Shown here: piece by piece, positions 35,369 through 48,249 of the stretch | Layout: each line of letters opens with the position of its first letter | Numbering within the stretch: the stretch's first letter is position 1 | Origin: Camelus ferus | Taxonomy: Eukaryota | Assembly (NCBI RefSeq): GCF_009834535.1 | Contig: NC_045697.1 | Span: 6,202,001-6,266,000 of the forward strand | Direction: 5' to 3' | Length of the DNA: 64,000 nucleotides | Notes under the pieces: model-generated | Databases searched by the model: none | What the model saw: the letters and a program-made list of their open reading frames with translations, nothing else | Told to the model about the DNA's origin: nothing | Position numbers and translations under genes: made by a program

Positions 35369-35959
35369 AGCTCAGTCCTTCAAGGAGTACCTGAGGGCAA
35401 CTTGTAGCTCTTCTCCCATGGGGCCTTGGTGGATAGAGGCCTGGATGCTCTATTTCTCTCATGAGCTCAGAAAGGAGGGAGAATATTCTGGAGAGAGGAC
35501 AGGATACTCCCCCCACTGAAGCCAACTCTTCCTCCTTGGATAGATCTCATCAATTTAGCTTCTACAGCCTGGCATGTGTTTGTTTCATTCTCTACTCTCA
35601 CTTTGAGGAATCCTCTTCATCACTTGATTCTTTTGTGAAACTTGAAGCTAAACATGGTATCTTCTTCTTTATTGCACACACCCCAGTGCAAGATTCTTGC
35701 TACTCAGGCCTGAATCTGAATAACCCTTATATATTCATGTCAGACACACTCTGGATCATGCTTAGTTTATCTGGGTGGATGCTGAGTGAGAAACTAGCAT
35801 GTGCTGTTGATGTTGGCAGTGGCTTCAATCTTTGTAGGTGACCTAAGGGGCCATGTTTGAACCATGTGCTCCTGGGGCCAAAACCATCATCAGAAGGCTT
35901 CTGATGACTCTCAGGAGTTGAGTTAGAATTCAATTTCTCTTAAAATATAATAATAATAA

Positions 35960-36305
35960 AAAACCCCAGGAGATTCATTACAAGGCGTTGACTCACGTGA
36001 TTGTGGGGATGGCTTGCCAAACCTAAAACCCGTAGGGCAGCCAGTTAGGAAGTACAGTCTGGAAGTCTTAGGCAGGAATTGAGGCTGCAGTGCACAAGGG
36101 GCATTTCTTCATCAGGAAAGCCCCTAATTGGCTCCTCAGGCCTTCGAGGTGATGGGACCAGGTGCACCCACATTATCTAGGATTATGTTCCATACTTAAA
36201 ACCAACTGATTTTGGACGTATCACACAATACTTTTGAGACACTAGTGTCTGAAATAAGTGGAAACTGTCGCCTGGATAAGTTGACAAATGAAATTGACCA
36301 TCACA
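35960..36305 (-). mobile_element. ERVL LTR (MLT2-like)
   Basis: gagattcattacaaggcgttgactcacgtgattgtgggg...aagttgacaaatgaaattgaccatcaca. Confidence 0.75.
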
Positions 36306-36389
36306 AGTTCTAAAGACCTTTTTTCTGGAGAAACTGAGCCAAGTGCTAAAAATCAGGAAAATGTCTGTGCAACCTGACTTTCCTATATA

Positions 36390-36601
36390 CAGTTGACCCT
36401 TAAACAACATGGGTTTGAACTGTGTGGGTCTCTTTATGTGCAAATTTTTTCCTGTAAATACGCACTACAGTACTACAGGATCAGCTGTTTGAATTCACAG
36501 ATACAGAGCCGTAAATGTGCTGGGCTGACTGTAAAGTTATACGTGGGTTTTTGACTGCATGGGGGTTGGTGCCCTACCCTGCACTGTTCAAGGGTCAACC
36601 A
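36390..36601. mobile_element. MER8/Tigger2-type MITE
   Basis: TA|cagttgacccttaaacaac ... tgttcaagggtcaacca|TA: terminal inverted repeats plus TA TSD. Confidence 0.88.
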
Positions 36602-38367
36602 TACTAATCTCCTGAAATCACCAGGATATTGTTTTTCCCAAAGCATAATCAAAAGCCCAGTAGACTTCCACACTCAGACCTCACATAGTACCTAGGATGT
36701 CCTACTCACACTGCATGTACCAATGCAAGGTACAGGGAAGGTTTCTAGGACTGTGGTTTCATAAATTCTTCTCTGGATCATCTCATGTGCTGCTGTAGCC
36801 CATGTCACTTCTATAGGCTTCCAGGGATCAGGAAATGTGCATGGTACAATGACACTGAAGTGGCCAGAGTGCCTGGTTTGGTCCTGAGGCAGGTGATGGC
36901 AGATCAGGACATCTCAATATCTTAGTTTTCCTCTGGGAATACAGTTTTTGTGGAGGACGTAAACAGTGATGAGCCCTGTCTTCCTCACCCCAGCTCTCTG
37001 GACCTCATTTGGAATATGGAATATTTTCATGGCCATGTACAGTATTAGGCCACCTGCCTCAGGCCACCAGATCTAGTGTATATGTCTGGATATTGCTATC
37101 TTGGCTGCCTCCCTCCAACATGAAAAGCTCCCTTGGTAGGGCTGGGTACCTCACACCTTCAGCTTCATTCTTAAGTGTGGCAGACGCTCATAAGAATTGA
37201 CATTAGAGGGACTGAAAGGAAGGCTGATAAGATGGTGGTGGAGGGGGGGAAGCAACTGAGGGCTGGAAGGCATTGGGCTAAACACTGTAAGCACACTTTT
37301 AATTTTAGGTACTCCAGGGGCCTGAAGTTCTCCGCTGTAGGAGGTCAAGGACTTGACAAGACTTGAGGTCGCTACTGAGAACCATCTCTTGTTAGGTGCA
37401 CAGGGAGTGGTCTCTAGCATGTGCTGCAATGCAGCTCCATGGCCTCCGTCAGGGGCAGGCACTGGATGAGCAAGGATGTCAACTATTGAATGAAGAGGAA
37501 TGAAATGCAGCTCCTTTAGGCATAAAGCATCTTTGAACCTTATGAGGCACAAAGGGGACATTTTTAGCTTTAGATTCTGTCCATCTACCTCAAACAATGG
37601 TCTTGTAACCTTGATCCATGTTGACCATTGAAGCTCCACTTGGAACCCTTTTAGTTGTGGAATGCTCCCTGCCTACAAAATTTTCAGGGCATCAGAAATG
37701 TGGAGGCTGCAAAAGTGTCCCCCACTGCCAAAATGTCAGGGCCCAGTGCACATCTTGAGGGTTCCTTGTGTGAAGGAAGAAGAATTAGTTTGCTAATCAC
37801 CATTGAAATCAAGGTATATTGATTTCACAGGTCTCCCAGTCTGTGGAAGCTTAGAATTTGTGCCTATAAGGCTCTTGTCTGTGCTGCTCTGTTGCTAATT
37901 TGAAGAAGGAAAGCAGAAAATGGACAGAAAGCCTAGCACAAAAAGAACCTAGTCAGGACTGCAGAGCTTGCTGTCTTGGGATCTGAGGTCTGCACCCAAC
38001 ACGTCTGATTTGATGTTCAGGAGAAAGTAATGGGTGAGTTGGTCTCCTAGTCGTGTCTTGACACCAGATGGCCTCTGTAGCATAAATGTCACCAAAGGGA
38101 AATGGGGAAAAGCCAACTTGTGTTCAATGTTATCGGGCACACTCTTGAAGGAAGCAATGCATAGCAGATGAAGGGTCTTTGGAAGAATGTCAAAGAGCTA
38201 TCTCTCCACTCTAGGAAACAAGCTCTAACAATTTGGGTTGGGTTTATCCTTGTGGGCTGCTTCAGGTCATGAATACTCAAATCCTAAAGGTTTTACCTGT
38301 GCTTCTAAACAGATATCAAAGGCAGCAGACTGGTCAGATTTTCTCTTCTAAGAGCACCAGCTCGTTA

Positions 38368-39499
38368 ATGTTTCCCAACCTCAGTATTGTTGACATTTTA
38401 GGTTGGATGATTCTTTGTGGGGAACTGCTGTTACACCACAGGATTTTTAGCAGTATCGCTGATCTCTTAAAGCCATTAGCTCCATTCCACAAATTAATGA
38501 CAACTGAAAACCTCTCCTTCCATTGTAATATCATTGATAGAATGGATCCTGTCTCTAGTCAAGAACACTCTTTCCCCTCTCTAAAATTTAGAGCGCTAAA
38601 GCCCCTCTGTCAACTTACTGACCCTTCTGGTCTTGCTGGAGAGATTTCTTGCAGGGCAGAAACTTGAGTTGACCAAGGCTGGCTGGCCTTGGTCAAGCAC
38701 AGAGCCTGGAACCCAGAGGAACTTGAAATTGAGGCTAGAAGGTTGTGATCTCCACCAAGGGAACTAACCTACTTGAACTGAGTCAATCTTCCACTGCTCC
38801 CTCCCTGCCATCTTTCCTTCTGCTACTCTGGGGAGTTGCTGGTTGGGATAGAAGTTGGCACAGGACTGAAATGACTCTGAGGTGCTCACCAAGAGATTCA
38901 AGCACCTACTGACCTCAGGTCACAGTTCAGTCATTTGCCAGTTGATGGAATCAGTCTGATCTTTGGTTCCGTTGCTGAAGCAGGCTTGGAACTTTCTTGT
39001 CTCAGTACAATCGACTGGCCCACAGGAAATTTGAGATCCTTGAGTAGACTTACTTGGACAATGTTGCTGGGTATAGGATTGTTTTTCCTTTTGAAATGAC
39101 ACCGGTGGGCCTTTTAAGTCAGAGATTGAGACATTTGGTCCGTGAATCCCTCTGCTTGACATTCTGTCACCTTGGACTGCATGGGAATGGGCATCTCCAC
39201 GCGCCTATGGATGTGAAAGTTGGTTTACATTTCAAAGCAGTGTACCTTTATATTCTTAATGCTTGATCCTTGGATGTGTAAAGTGAACTTCTTGGCTTCT
39301 GTAAGTAAGCTCCATGTACCTCTAGTGTTTTATCACATGCTTACTGTATACAGTAGGGGCCAATTCTGTAAATGGATGTGTTGCACAAAGAACAGGAACA
39401 TCTCTTGTGTCTTTGGTGTCGTTGCATTAAAGTGACATAATTGGAGAAAAAACCAGCAGCTTGTTTAGGGGCAAAATTACCCCTAGTTGAGGACTGCTG
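38368..39499 (-). mobile_element. MER20-like element split by a ~0.9 kb insert
   Basis: Left part 38368-~38530 (tttcccaacctcagtattgttgacattttaggttggatgattctttgtgggg...); right part ~39460-39499 (ggggcaaaattacccctagttgaggactgctg). Confidence 0.6.
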
Positions 39500-40566
39500 A
39501 ACTAGGCCTTTCCTAGGAAGACGAGTAGGTGCCCACTGGTCTGACAATGGGTGGAGTGTTGAATGCTGACGAATTGAAGTTTCCTTTGATTCCAGAAAGT
39601 GGGGAGAGTTTGGATGGCCTTGGTCAGAGGTGGGGGATTTCCCCAAGAGGATCAGCTCTATCTCCTTAGAAATTTTCCCTAAATTTAGCTCATAAGACTT
39701 CTTATTCCCAATTGTATCCTCTTCCACTTTGGGGACTCCCTTTTCAACTCTTGAGTTGTGTTCCTGTAACTTACAGTTCAAAGTCTTCATGTCCCCATGT
39801 TGTATATTTCGATGTTAGTCCTTAGCACATAAATTCTTAGCATTTAAGTATCTGAATCTGACCTGTGTCCTCATTTGGAATGCTTTCCAGTCACATTTAG
39901 CTTGGATGGGAGGATGCTGAATGAGAAACATGTCTCTCCCGTTGTCTTTGTGAGGTGTATCCCTGGAGGTGGCATGAATGACTGCCCCTAACCATAACCA
40001 CCTTGCTGCTGATAGCCATCCTTGGATGACTTCTGACCACTCAAGAAATTGATAGACTTAAATTCTCAATTCTTGGTTGATGTCTTAGGGAAGTAGTTAA
40101 TTATACAAAAGAAGTCTGATATCTAACATTGGCCACTGTTTCTGCAGCCATTCTGCTCAAATTTCTAGGTATTGTCCATCAACCAGAAGTCTCATGGCAT
40201 AAATTAGAAATCCCTAATGCCTGACTCATATTGATCCCTGAGATCTTTGCCCATGCTGGAAGGACCAGATGGAAAAATAGGACCCATGGTGTTGGAACAG
40301 GTGGCCATTGGATATTTATGCCCTAAATATATGCTGTTACTTGTGGGCTGATCAAGGGCCCTACAGTGTCCCAGACCAAACTCAGGGCCAAAATGAAATA
40401 GATGTGCCTGGGTGAGGGGTGCTGGCAGATGTAGGGGGTGTAGGAACTGAGCAAAAAGCCCACTCATGGGAGTTAGAGATACACAGGATTTTTGCAGAGA
40501 AGGAGAGGACAGCCTTTGGCTGGCCTCTGATTTGCTGGTGATGGACCAGGCTGGGAGTAAAGTGAA

Positions 40567-40849
40567 TTGTTGGATAAATGTCCCATGACCAAAGTAAAAG
40601 ATGGCAACTTCCTAAGTGTTCTGATGAAGTTTTATTTTGGCATTAAACACAGCCTGGTGACACTTGAGAGAATAGGCGTTATGGGAGGCACTCAGTTTCT
40701 AAGAAGTTGGCACAATTTTTCATTTCTCCAAATGTCTTCAAGCTTCAGTCCTCTTTAAATTGAGGCTGTCACCTTTTGTAGCTTCACTTTAATCTAGGGA
40801 ATAACTCACATGTTAGTCTACCCCCCTGAAAGAGGGACCCATGTTCTCA
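40567..40849 (-). mobile_element. Possible 3' LTR of the provirus
   Basis: TG...CA-bounded segment preceded on the minus strand by purine-rich AAAAAAGGCA; minus-strand AATAAA near 40632. Could not be matched by eye to a 5' LTR. Confidence 0.35.
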
Positions 40850-43800
40850 TGCCTTTTTTATTTTTAACACCTTGCTTGCTCAGCTTTGGGAAATATTTGA
40901 TCATCACACATCTTCTGTTATGGCTGTGATTATTTTGTAAAAGATCAGAGCTTTTCTAAACGTGTGGATATCTTCCCTGTATGTATAGCTCTTGCAGGGA
41001 ATTAACATCCTCCTATTATTTTTTCACTCATCCCTGGCACACGAGAATGATGCTTAAATCATTCCAGGTCAGTGGGGAATTGTCCTCCATAGGTCTTGCA
41101 TTATGGGGAGGCAGGGCATGTTGGGTCAGACTCCCCATGAGTCGACACCCTTAAGTATAGTGGTGCAAGGATTAGTTAACAGTATCTAGTAAGATTACCT
41201 CCACAAAGAGGTTGGAGGGCATATTTGCCAAGGTGTTTCCAAGACATACTCACCAGGTTGTAGGTCATGTGAGGTCTTCATCTCCCAGGAATGCACTGTT
41301 ACAATGCTGCTTGACAAGCTTTGCATTTCAAGTGCTTTAGTTAATTCTTGGCAATAGGTGAGCTCTCCTGTAATCATAGCAGGTTCATATATTCATTTAG
41401 TCTCATGGATCTGCGAGTAACAATGTCAAATTGTGACAAATGGTGACAATCTATTTTCTTCTGAGGGAGTGGATCTTAGACTGAGCATAACCAAAGACAA
41501 TACTTTGGGCCAAGGTAGCTTAAACAATTCAACTAATTTTGCCAACTGAGTTCTAATTATTCCCTTAGTGTGTTCTACCAATCCAGAAGACTAGGGATGG
41601 TAAGCACAGGAAAATGTTGCATAACTGGCCCAGTGTTACAGACAGAGTAAAACTTGTTCTGTAAAGTGGGAGCCTCTGCCCTATGTAGTTCAGAGGAAAC
41701 TCCCCAAGTTGGGATGATTTTTTCTAACAATACTTTACTAGCTGGTGTGGCTGTAGCTCTGTGACATGGAAATGCTTTTACTAGTAAGAACACAAAAAAT
41801 CATTACCAGAACATATTTATACCCTTGAGAAGAAGATAACTGGATGAAGTCCATTTGCCATATCTCCAAGGGCTGTGAGGGAAGAGGAAAATGTCCCGCA
41901 GTTGTGTGAAGAGGCTTTTCTAGGTTATTCTTAGAATAAATTTGACATCTCTGATACCCAGGGGGCCATCTTTGGGGATGGTTTCCAATGGTATTGCTTT
42001 CCCCAAGATACCATTTTGTCAGTATTCCAATGAGTTAATTTCTGTGTGTAATTCAAGATTTGTTCTTCTAGGCAATCAGGGAGAACAGGTTGGCCATTAG
42101 GACTGAACCCCATAGGCTCCTTTTATTTATTTTTTCATTTTTATTGAAGTATAGTCTGTGTACAATGTTGTGTCAATTTCTGGTGCTTCAGTCATACGTG
42201 AACGTACATAGATTTGTTTTCATATTCTTTTTCACCATAGGTTACTACAAGATACTGAATATAGTTCCCTGTGCTATACAGTATGAACTTGTTGTTTATC
42301 TATTTTATATATATTAGTATCTACAAATCTCAAACTCCCAATTTATCCCTTCCTACCCTATTCCTCACCCCAGTAACCATAAGTTTGTTTTCTGTCTGTA
42401 AGTCTGTTTCTGTTTTGTAAATAAGTTTGTTTGTTTGTTTGTTTTTTTGTTTTAAGATTCCACATATACGTGCTATCATATGGTATTTTACTGGTTTGAT
42501 AATTTTCTTTTGTATTAGCTTGGTTTCATTGTGGCTTTTGTGACTCTATTGTATACTTTTGATTTGTGGTTACCTTGTTTTTCAAGTATGTTAATCCCTT
42601 ACTATATCTGTTTGCTTTAGACTGGTAGTCATGTAGGCTCAAACACATCCTAAAAAGAATGAAGGAAAAGAGTGAGAGAAAAAAAATCTATATTTTGTTG
42701 CTCCCCTTTCTCACCTTTGAGGATTTTGATTTATTTTTTTTCCCTAAACATCTTTATGTTTATTCTCTTGCAACTCATTGTAGTTATTACATTTCTAATT
42801 ATGGTTTTCTCATTTCAATGGCTTCCTGCTTTTCTATTTAGAGTAGACCTTTCAACATTTCATTTAGCATAGGTTTAGTATTGCTGAACTCTTCTAGTTT
42901 TTGCTTGTCTGTGAAATTCTTTCTCTCTCCTTCTACTCTGAAGGATAGTCTTGCTGGATAGAGAATCCTAGGTTGCAGCTTTTTCTCATTCATGACTTTG
43001 AATATATCTTGCCAATCCCTCTGGCCAGCAATGTTTGTGTAGAAAAATCAGCTGAAAGCCTTTTGGGGATTCCCCTGTAACTAACTCTTTGTTTTTCTCT
43101 TGCTGCCTTTAGAATAATTTCTTTATCTTTAACTTTGGCCAACTTAATTATAATATGTCTTGGTGAGGTCTATTAGGGTTCTTCCTGTTTGGGACCCTCT
43201 GTGCTTCCTGTACTTGGATATCTATTTCCTTCTTTAAGTTTGGAAAGTTTTCAGTCATGATTTCTTCAAATACCTTTTCAGTTCCCTTTTCTCTTTCTTC
43301 TCCTTCTGGGACCCCTATTATGCATAGGTTGGCATTATCCCCTAGGTCCCTTATATTGCTTTCATTGGTTCTTACTTGCTTTTCTGTCTGCTGTTGTGAT
43401 TGGATGACTTCTGTTATCCTGTCTTCTAAGTTACTTATTCATTCTTCTGCATTATCTGGTCTCCTTTTGATTGCCCTTAGCTCAGCTATTGTCTCAACCA
43501 TTGAGTTTTCCATTCTTAATTGGCTCCTCTTTATAGTTTCTATTTCCGTTTTTAAAGTATTCTCTGCTGCTATTTACAGCCTCTATTATTCCCATAGGCT
43601 CCTTTTAAAATCAAACCTGCAACTTTGTTCTACCCATTTCTATGTCATGTTGTATAGCCAACTGTTGAGCCTCTGTAAATTTCCTTTATGACTCCAATAA
43701 CCTTAAGAGGCAATGGGATTAGGGTCAAATCTAACAGGAATTTGGAGGGCTTTAGACTTAACAGCAGCATCAGTCAATTGATATCCTTTGCTTTCCTCCA

Positions 43801-46418
43801 TGTTTTTCAGAGAATGCCCAGAAGTTTTTGAAACAAACAAAAGATTTAGGCATCTAGATGGAATCCATAAAGCTTAAGACATAATGTTTTTAATCTTCTT
43901 CCCAAGAGAGGTCAAGAAACCCTTGTTTCCAGAGCATCCCCAGGTCATGACCTACACCAAAGACATCTCCACTATCAGGATGTATGTTAGTTGTTTTGTC
44001 TTTGGCTAAAAAGCAAGCCCAAGCTAGAGCAAAAGCTCTGCTTCCTGAGCAGAGGTGGCCTCCAGTAAAGATTCAGCTACTACAGGTGGAGTTAAAGACA
44101 CTATAGCATATCCAGCTGTATGTCCAGTCTCATATGTGACCCATCAGTAAACCAGATTATTTCTGCATTATCCAGGGGGGTCTCCTGTAAATTTATATGA
44201 GGAGTTAGCAATTGATTGGTCAGTGCCAAGCAGTCATAAGGAGTTCTGTCATATGGAAGAAAGAAGAGTAGCAGGATTCAAGGTGTCAGAGTGAGCAGTA
44301 GTTACATTTGGAGAGGGCAGCAAAAGGGTTTCATAAGAGGTCAGTCTGCTGGTAGACATTGAGTATGAGAATTAAGTAGGGCTTCCACTGAATGGAGAAT
44401 GCATACTGTCAGTGGGGAGCCCATGACAATTTCCTTAACAGCGTATGTTTGCTGTGGTCATGATTGCTTGCATGTAGAGAGATAGCTCTTTGACCACTGG
44501 ATCTAACTGACCATGATATCCAATATGTTTCTGTCCATGTCATTGGGCTAAGACTCCTAGTGTTTCCTTCTTTCATGTACGAAGATGAGGAAAGGCAATT
44601 TATAACTGGGGTGTCCTAAAGCAGCAAGTGGGTCATAGAAGCTATCCTTGATCCTTTTAAATCCAGTTTCAGATTCCTCTGTCCAGTCTAAGGCCTCTAC
44701 TTGGTCAGCCTTAAAGCCTCTGTATAAAGGCTGAGTTGTAATAAAGAAATTTGGAACCTAACTTCTATAGCAATCTGTTAATCCTAAAAAATCCTTTCAA
44801 TTATCTCTTGGTTTTAGGGAGAGAAAGACAGGATACCTAAAGTGTGGTTAGGGTCTAATAGTACCACTCTGTTTGAATATTAAATATCCTAAATATTTCA
44901 CTTGCATTTTACAAAACTGAAGCCTTTCTTTTGTGTCCTTTATATGCCAGTTCTTACAGCAGATGAAGGCTGTCCTGAAGCATCCTGGTTTCTTGCAATA
45001 GGAGCATACACCCTTGGAGTACCAAGTAAGGCTTGAAATCTTGGTTTGATGGACAGTTATTTCATTTGAAGGTTTGAGTCTGAGCCACTTGGATCTGAGA
45101 ATCCTTGGCTCTGGTAGCTTTCTCTTTGGAGATTTCTGTCAGAGTCTGAGAAAGCTGTTTAGCTAGAGTAGCAAATTCATGGGGTCTCAGCATAATCCAC
45201 GTTAAGGAATGTTGTTTAACTAAGATACTTAAGGAATCTTGTAATCCTGCCAGAAAGGTAGAGTTAAATAGACTGGCAGTTTCATCTGTCAGGGTTTTAA
45301 TGTCAGAACTTTGAAAAAATTTCAAAATACCATAGTCATATACTTTTGTGAGGCTCATGCACAGTTGAATAATGTACCAGTTAATACACTTAGGAAATAG
45401 TTATTGAGAAGTGAGAGACCTTTAGCCAACTTTTGAACATCTGCTTGTCCCCTTGTGCCTACTCTAGGAAAATCATCAGTAGGATTATTCCAAGCAATAG
45501 TCTCCATTCCTTCTCTAGACATAAGCCCTCCTACAAGCAGATGTAGTTGTTGATATAAATCTGAGTAGCCACGCTGTTTCAGTGAGAAGATCAAATTATC
45601 TCGGACACTCAGTGGAATCCTCTAACACTGGGAAAGCCCTTAGCTATGCATATAATTAGTCCAAGGGATATATGTGATTGTTTAGATGCTGTCCTCACTG
45701 GACCTGGCTTTAAAAGGGGCTGCTGTTAAGGGAGGGCAGTATGGCTAGCCTGCTGTCGGGAGATCAGACTTGGTATTATAAAATGAAGTTTAGAGAGATA
45801 GCGAGGAGAGCATTGTGGACACTCAGAGGAGCAGGAAGGGGCAGAGGGAGCCAGGGAGAGTGCTCTTGGAAGCCTCAGGATTGTTCCAATTTGAAAGTCT
45901 TCAGATAATTGCCAGTTTGTTTCTCTGAGGGAAGCAATAGTGGATTCACTATTACGTTTGGAGGCTTCAAAATACCAATTGAAATATGCTTCACATTCTT
46001 GTTCCATAGCTTTTCTCTTGAGCATCCAAATAAACTCAGGAATCTCAAATGAGTGGCAAGGGGGCCAACAGTTTCAAGTTGTCATGGGTGATTTTAGTCC
46101 AACTTAACAAATTGAGAAGAGGAGGGCCTGATGTTTTAAACAGAAAATAAGCCAGAGTTCTGCACAGCAGTTGCCCTTCGATGGTGCCCTAAGAACAGAC
46201 TCCCTATAGCTGAGTAGTCACCAAGGTGACTTCCCCTTTCAGATAGTTGGCAACAGAGGACATCCAAATAAAGTGTAGAGCCTTGAGCAAGATGGGAGGT
46301 TTGGACCAAGAGGATTTATCCCCATGACCCAAAGCCACCGAGGAGATGATGGAGGACAGTAGGCACCATACTTATGTCTGGTAGAAGTTCAGCCACTGGC
46401 TTCTGTTTCTGACTACCA
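40850..46418 (-). mobile_element. Defective class I (gamma-like) endogenous retrovirus: PBS-gag-(deletion)-RT thumb-RNase H-integrase, no env
   Basis: PBS-like TGGTAGTCAGA at 46418. Gag fragments (ORFs 45726..46025, 45355..45594, 45062..45358) and NC remnant CSYCKKPG. RT LQFCKMQVKYLG/FLGLTDCY; RNase H WFTDGS/SAQEAE; integrase WQMDFIQL/KVLLEKIIPTWG. Many stops and frameshifts. Confidence 0.9.
42125..43590 (-). mobile_element. L1 insertion with 16-bp TSD: ORF1 remnant and spacer joined directly to the 3' UTR (no ORF2)
   Basis: TSD cccataggctcctttt at 42109-42124 and 43591-43606, at a TTTT/AA endonuclease site. ORF1 peptides IIGVPEGEEREKG...EAQRVP...ILKAAREK...PRILYPARLSF...KGLL* end at 42838. 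3' UTR spans 42125-~42490. Confidence 0.92.
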
Positions 46419-46534
46419 CATAAAGCCTATCAGTCATTATCAAGGCACTCATCAAGTGACTTGATTAAAACTTTGTTCTTGGAAACCTTGGTACTGCTTA
46501 TCTGGAGCCTTAGAAACTACAGTTCAGGAGACAC

Positions 46535-46900
46535 AAAACATGATCTCACTTACATGTGGAATCTAAAAAGCTTACAGATACAGAAAACCAATGAATGTTT
46601 TGCTGGAGGTAGGGGGCAGGGGTAAGGGTTAGGCAAAATGGCTGAAGAAAGTCAAGGTACAAACTTGCCAGTTATAAAATAAGACGTGAGGCTGTAATGT
46701 GCAGCATAACAACTATACTTAATATTGTATTGGATATTTGAAGGTTGCTAAGAGAATAAACCTGAAAGTCATTAAGAGAAATTTTGTAACTATGTATAGT
46801 GACTAGATTAACTGTAGTGATCACTTCACAATACATAACAAATATTAAATCATTATTGTACATCTGAAGCTAATACATTGTATGTTAATAATATCACAAT
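46535..46900 (+). mobile_element. L1 (L1MA-like) 3' end, sense orientation
   Basis: atgatctcacttacatgtggaatctaaaaa...ggtacaaacttgccagttataaaataag...aaggttgctaagagaataaac. Confidence 0.88.
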
Positions 46901-48249
46901 GTGCAGGAAAGAAGAGGGATAGGAAGAAAAGGAAAACCTTGACCACAAGGGGGGATTTTCAAGGAAACAGCTGACCCATGATATGTACAGGAATCTTAGG
47001 GGCAATAGGAAAACACATTTACCAGAAGGAGGGTTTTCTCAAAGTCAGACATGGTCAACTCTACCTTGCTCGATCATTTGACTGACATGTGGAGGGTGCC
47101 CTAGTACTGCATCCCAGGATGGGCTTTGTTCTACTCTGGAATGTGTTTCACTGTCTTGTCCAAAGATGAAAGCTAAGTTCACAACCAAATGTGTGGTGGT
47201 AACAAAAAAATTTACTATGGAACATTCATCCTGTCCTTCCTGGGAGAAACCAGAACTTGAGGATGAAACACAAGTCAGGGCAGCAGTGCTGAATGACAAG
47301 ATTCTCTCACAGACATCTTCTGAGTCAGTTAGCAAACAGTGCCCAGACTCCAGTGGTCTACAACACGAAATGTCCGTTCTTGTCCTCACAGGTCTGTGGG
47401 TTGGTGGGAGCAGCTGTTGATATGGGTGCTCCTCAGACCCAAATATGTTTAAAGTTCAAGTTCCACTGAGGATTTCCAAACAAGGAAGTCCTTCATTGGG
47501 TTTGCCCCATTATTTCTTCAGCCTGCTCTGTGGGCATAAGACACCCAATTGCACAAAGCAGTCAGCCTTTGCACCAGGAAGAACTTGATGACCCCGTACC
47601 ACAAGAGAGGAGCCACATCCAAAAGAACTTTTTAGTTATGAATCATTTTCTATGACACTCAGTCTTGCTCACTGCAGTGCTCTGTTCTGCAGTTTGCGTG
47701 GACAAGAAAACATTCCCTTTCTTCACTTCAGTTGCATCAGGAGCAGGTGCAAGTACTCTTTAGAGTGAACTGAAATCCAATCTCTTCATGTGCATTGACA
47801 CAGTACCAGATGCCTGACTACTTACAGCAAGTGCCCATGTGCTGCTTACGTGGCTCCCTCTTCCCAAAGGGAGCATAAGGAAGGGGCTGTTGAAATGAAA
47901 CACTGTTCCCACCTACCTCATCCACCACAAATTGCTCCTCCCTTGAGAGGATAACTATGCCTCCTTTACTGCAAGGAATGGTCGGCAGAGCCATTCCAGC
48001 CTGCTTGAGTTCATGTTTATTCCTCTCAGTTTCTCTGGCATATCTTTCTGTGAAGGAATAAACTAGAGATTGATTGAGGGGACCATCAAATCAAGGGCCA
48101 TGTTATCTCATTCTCTGTGTCTGAAAAGAGGCCGTTAGAGGTAAAATGTGGGCTCTGTTTGGTACCACGGTTGGTCTAGTCAAGGATGGGAAAGTGAGAT
48201 GAGAAGGGCTTGTTGCCTCAATTGCCTGTTTTTGTTCACTTGGAATTGT

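Noticed and set aside
40850..41200. Possible env or syncytin-like ORF in the provirus
   Set aside because: Only ~300 bp follow integrase; no signal peptide, furin site or immunosuppressive domain seen.
43257..43691. 144-aa hydrophobic plus-strand ORF
   Set aside because: Antisense reading of A-rich L1 ORF1; not a membrane-protein gene.
47440..48230. Coding-like text that might be a processed pseudogene or Gypsy pol remnant (similar impression at ~58000-59300 and ~61400-62400)
   Set aside because: No protein motif could be read with confidence; needs tBLASTx or a Dfam search.
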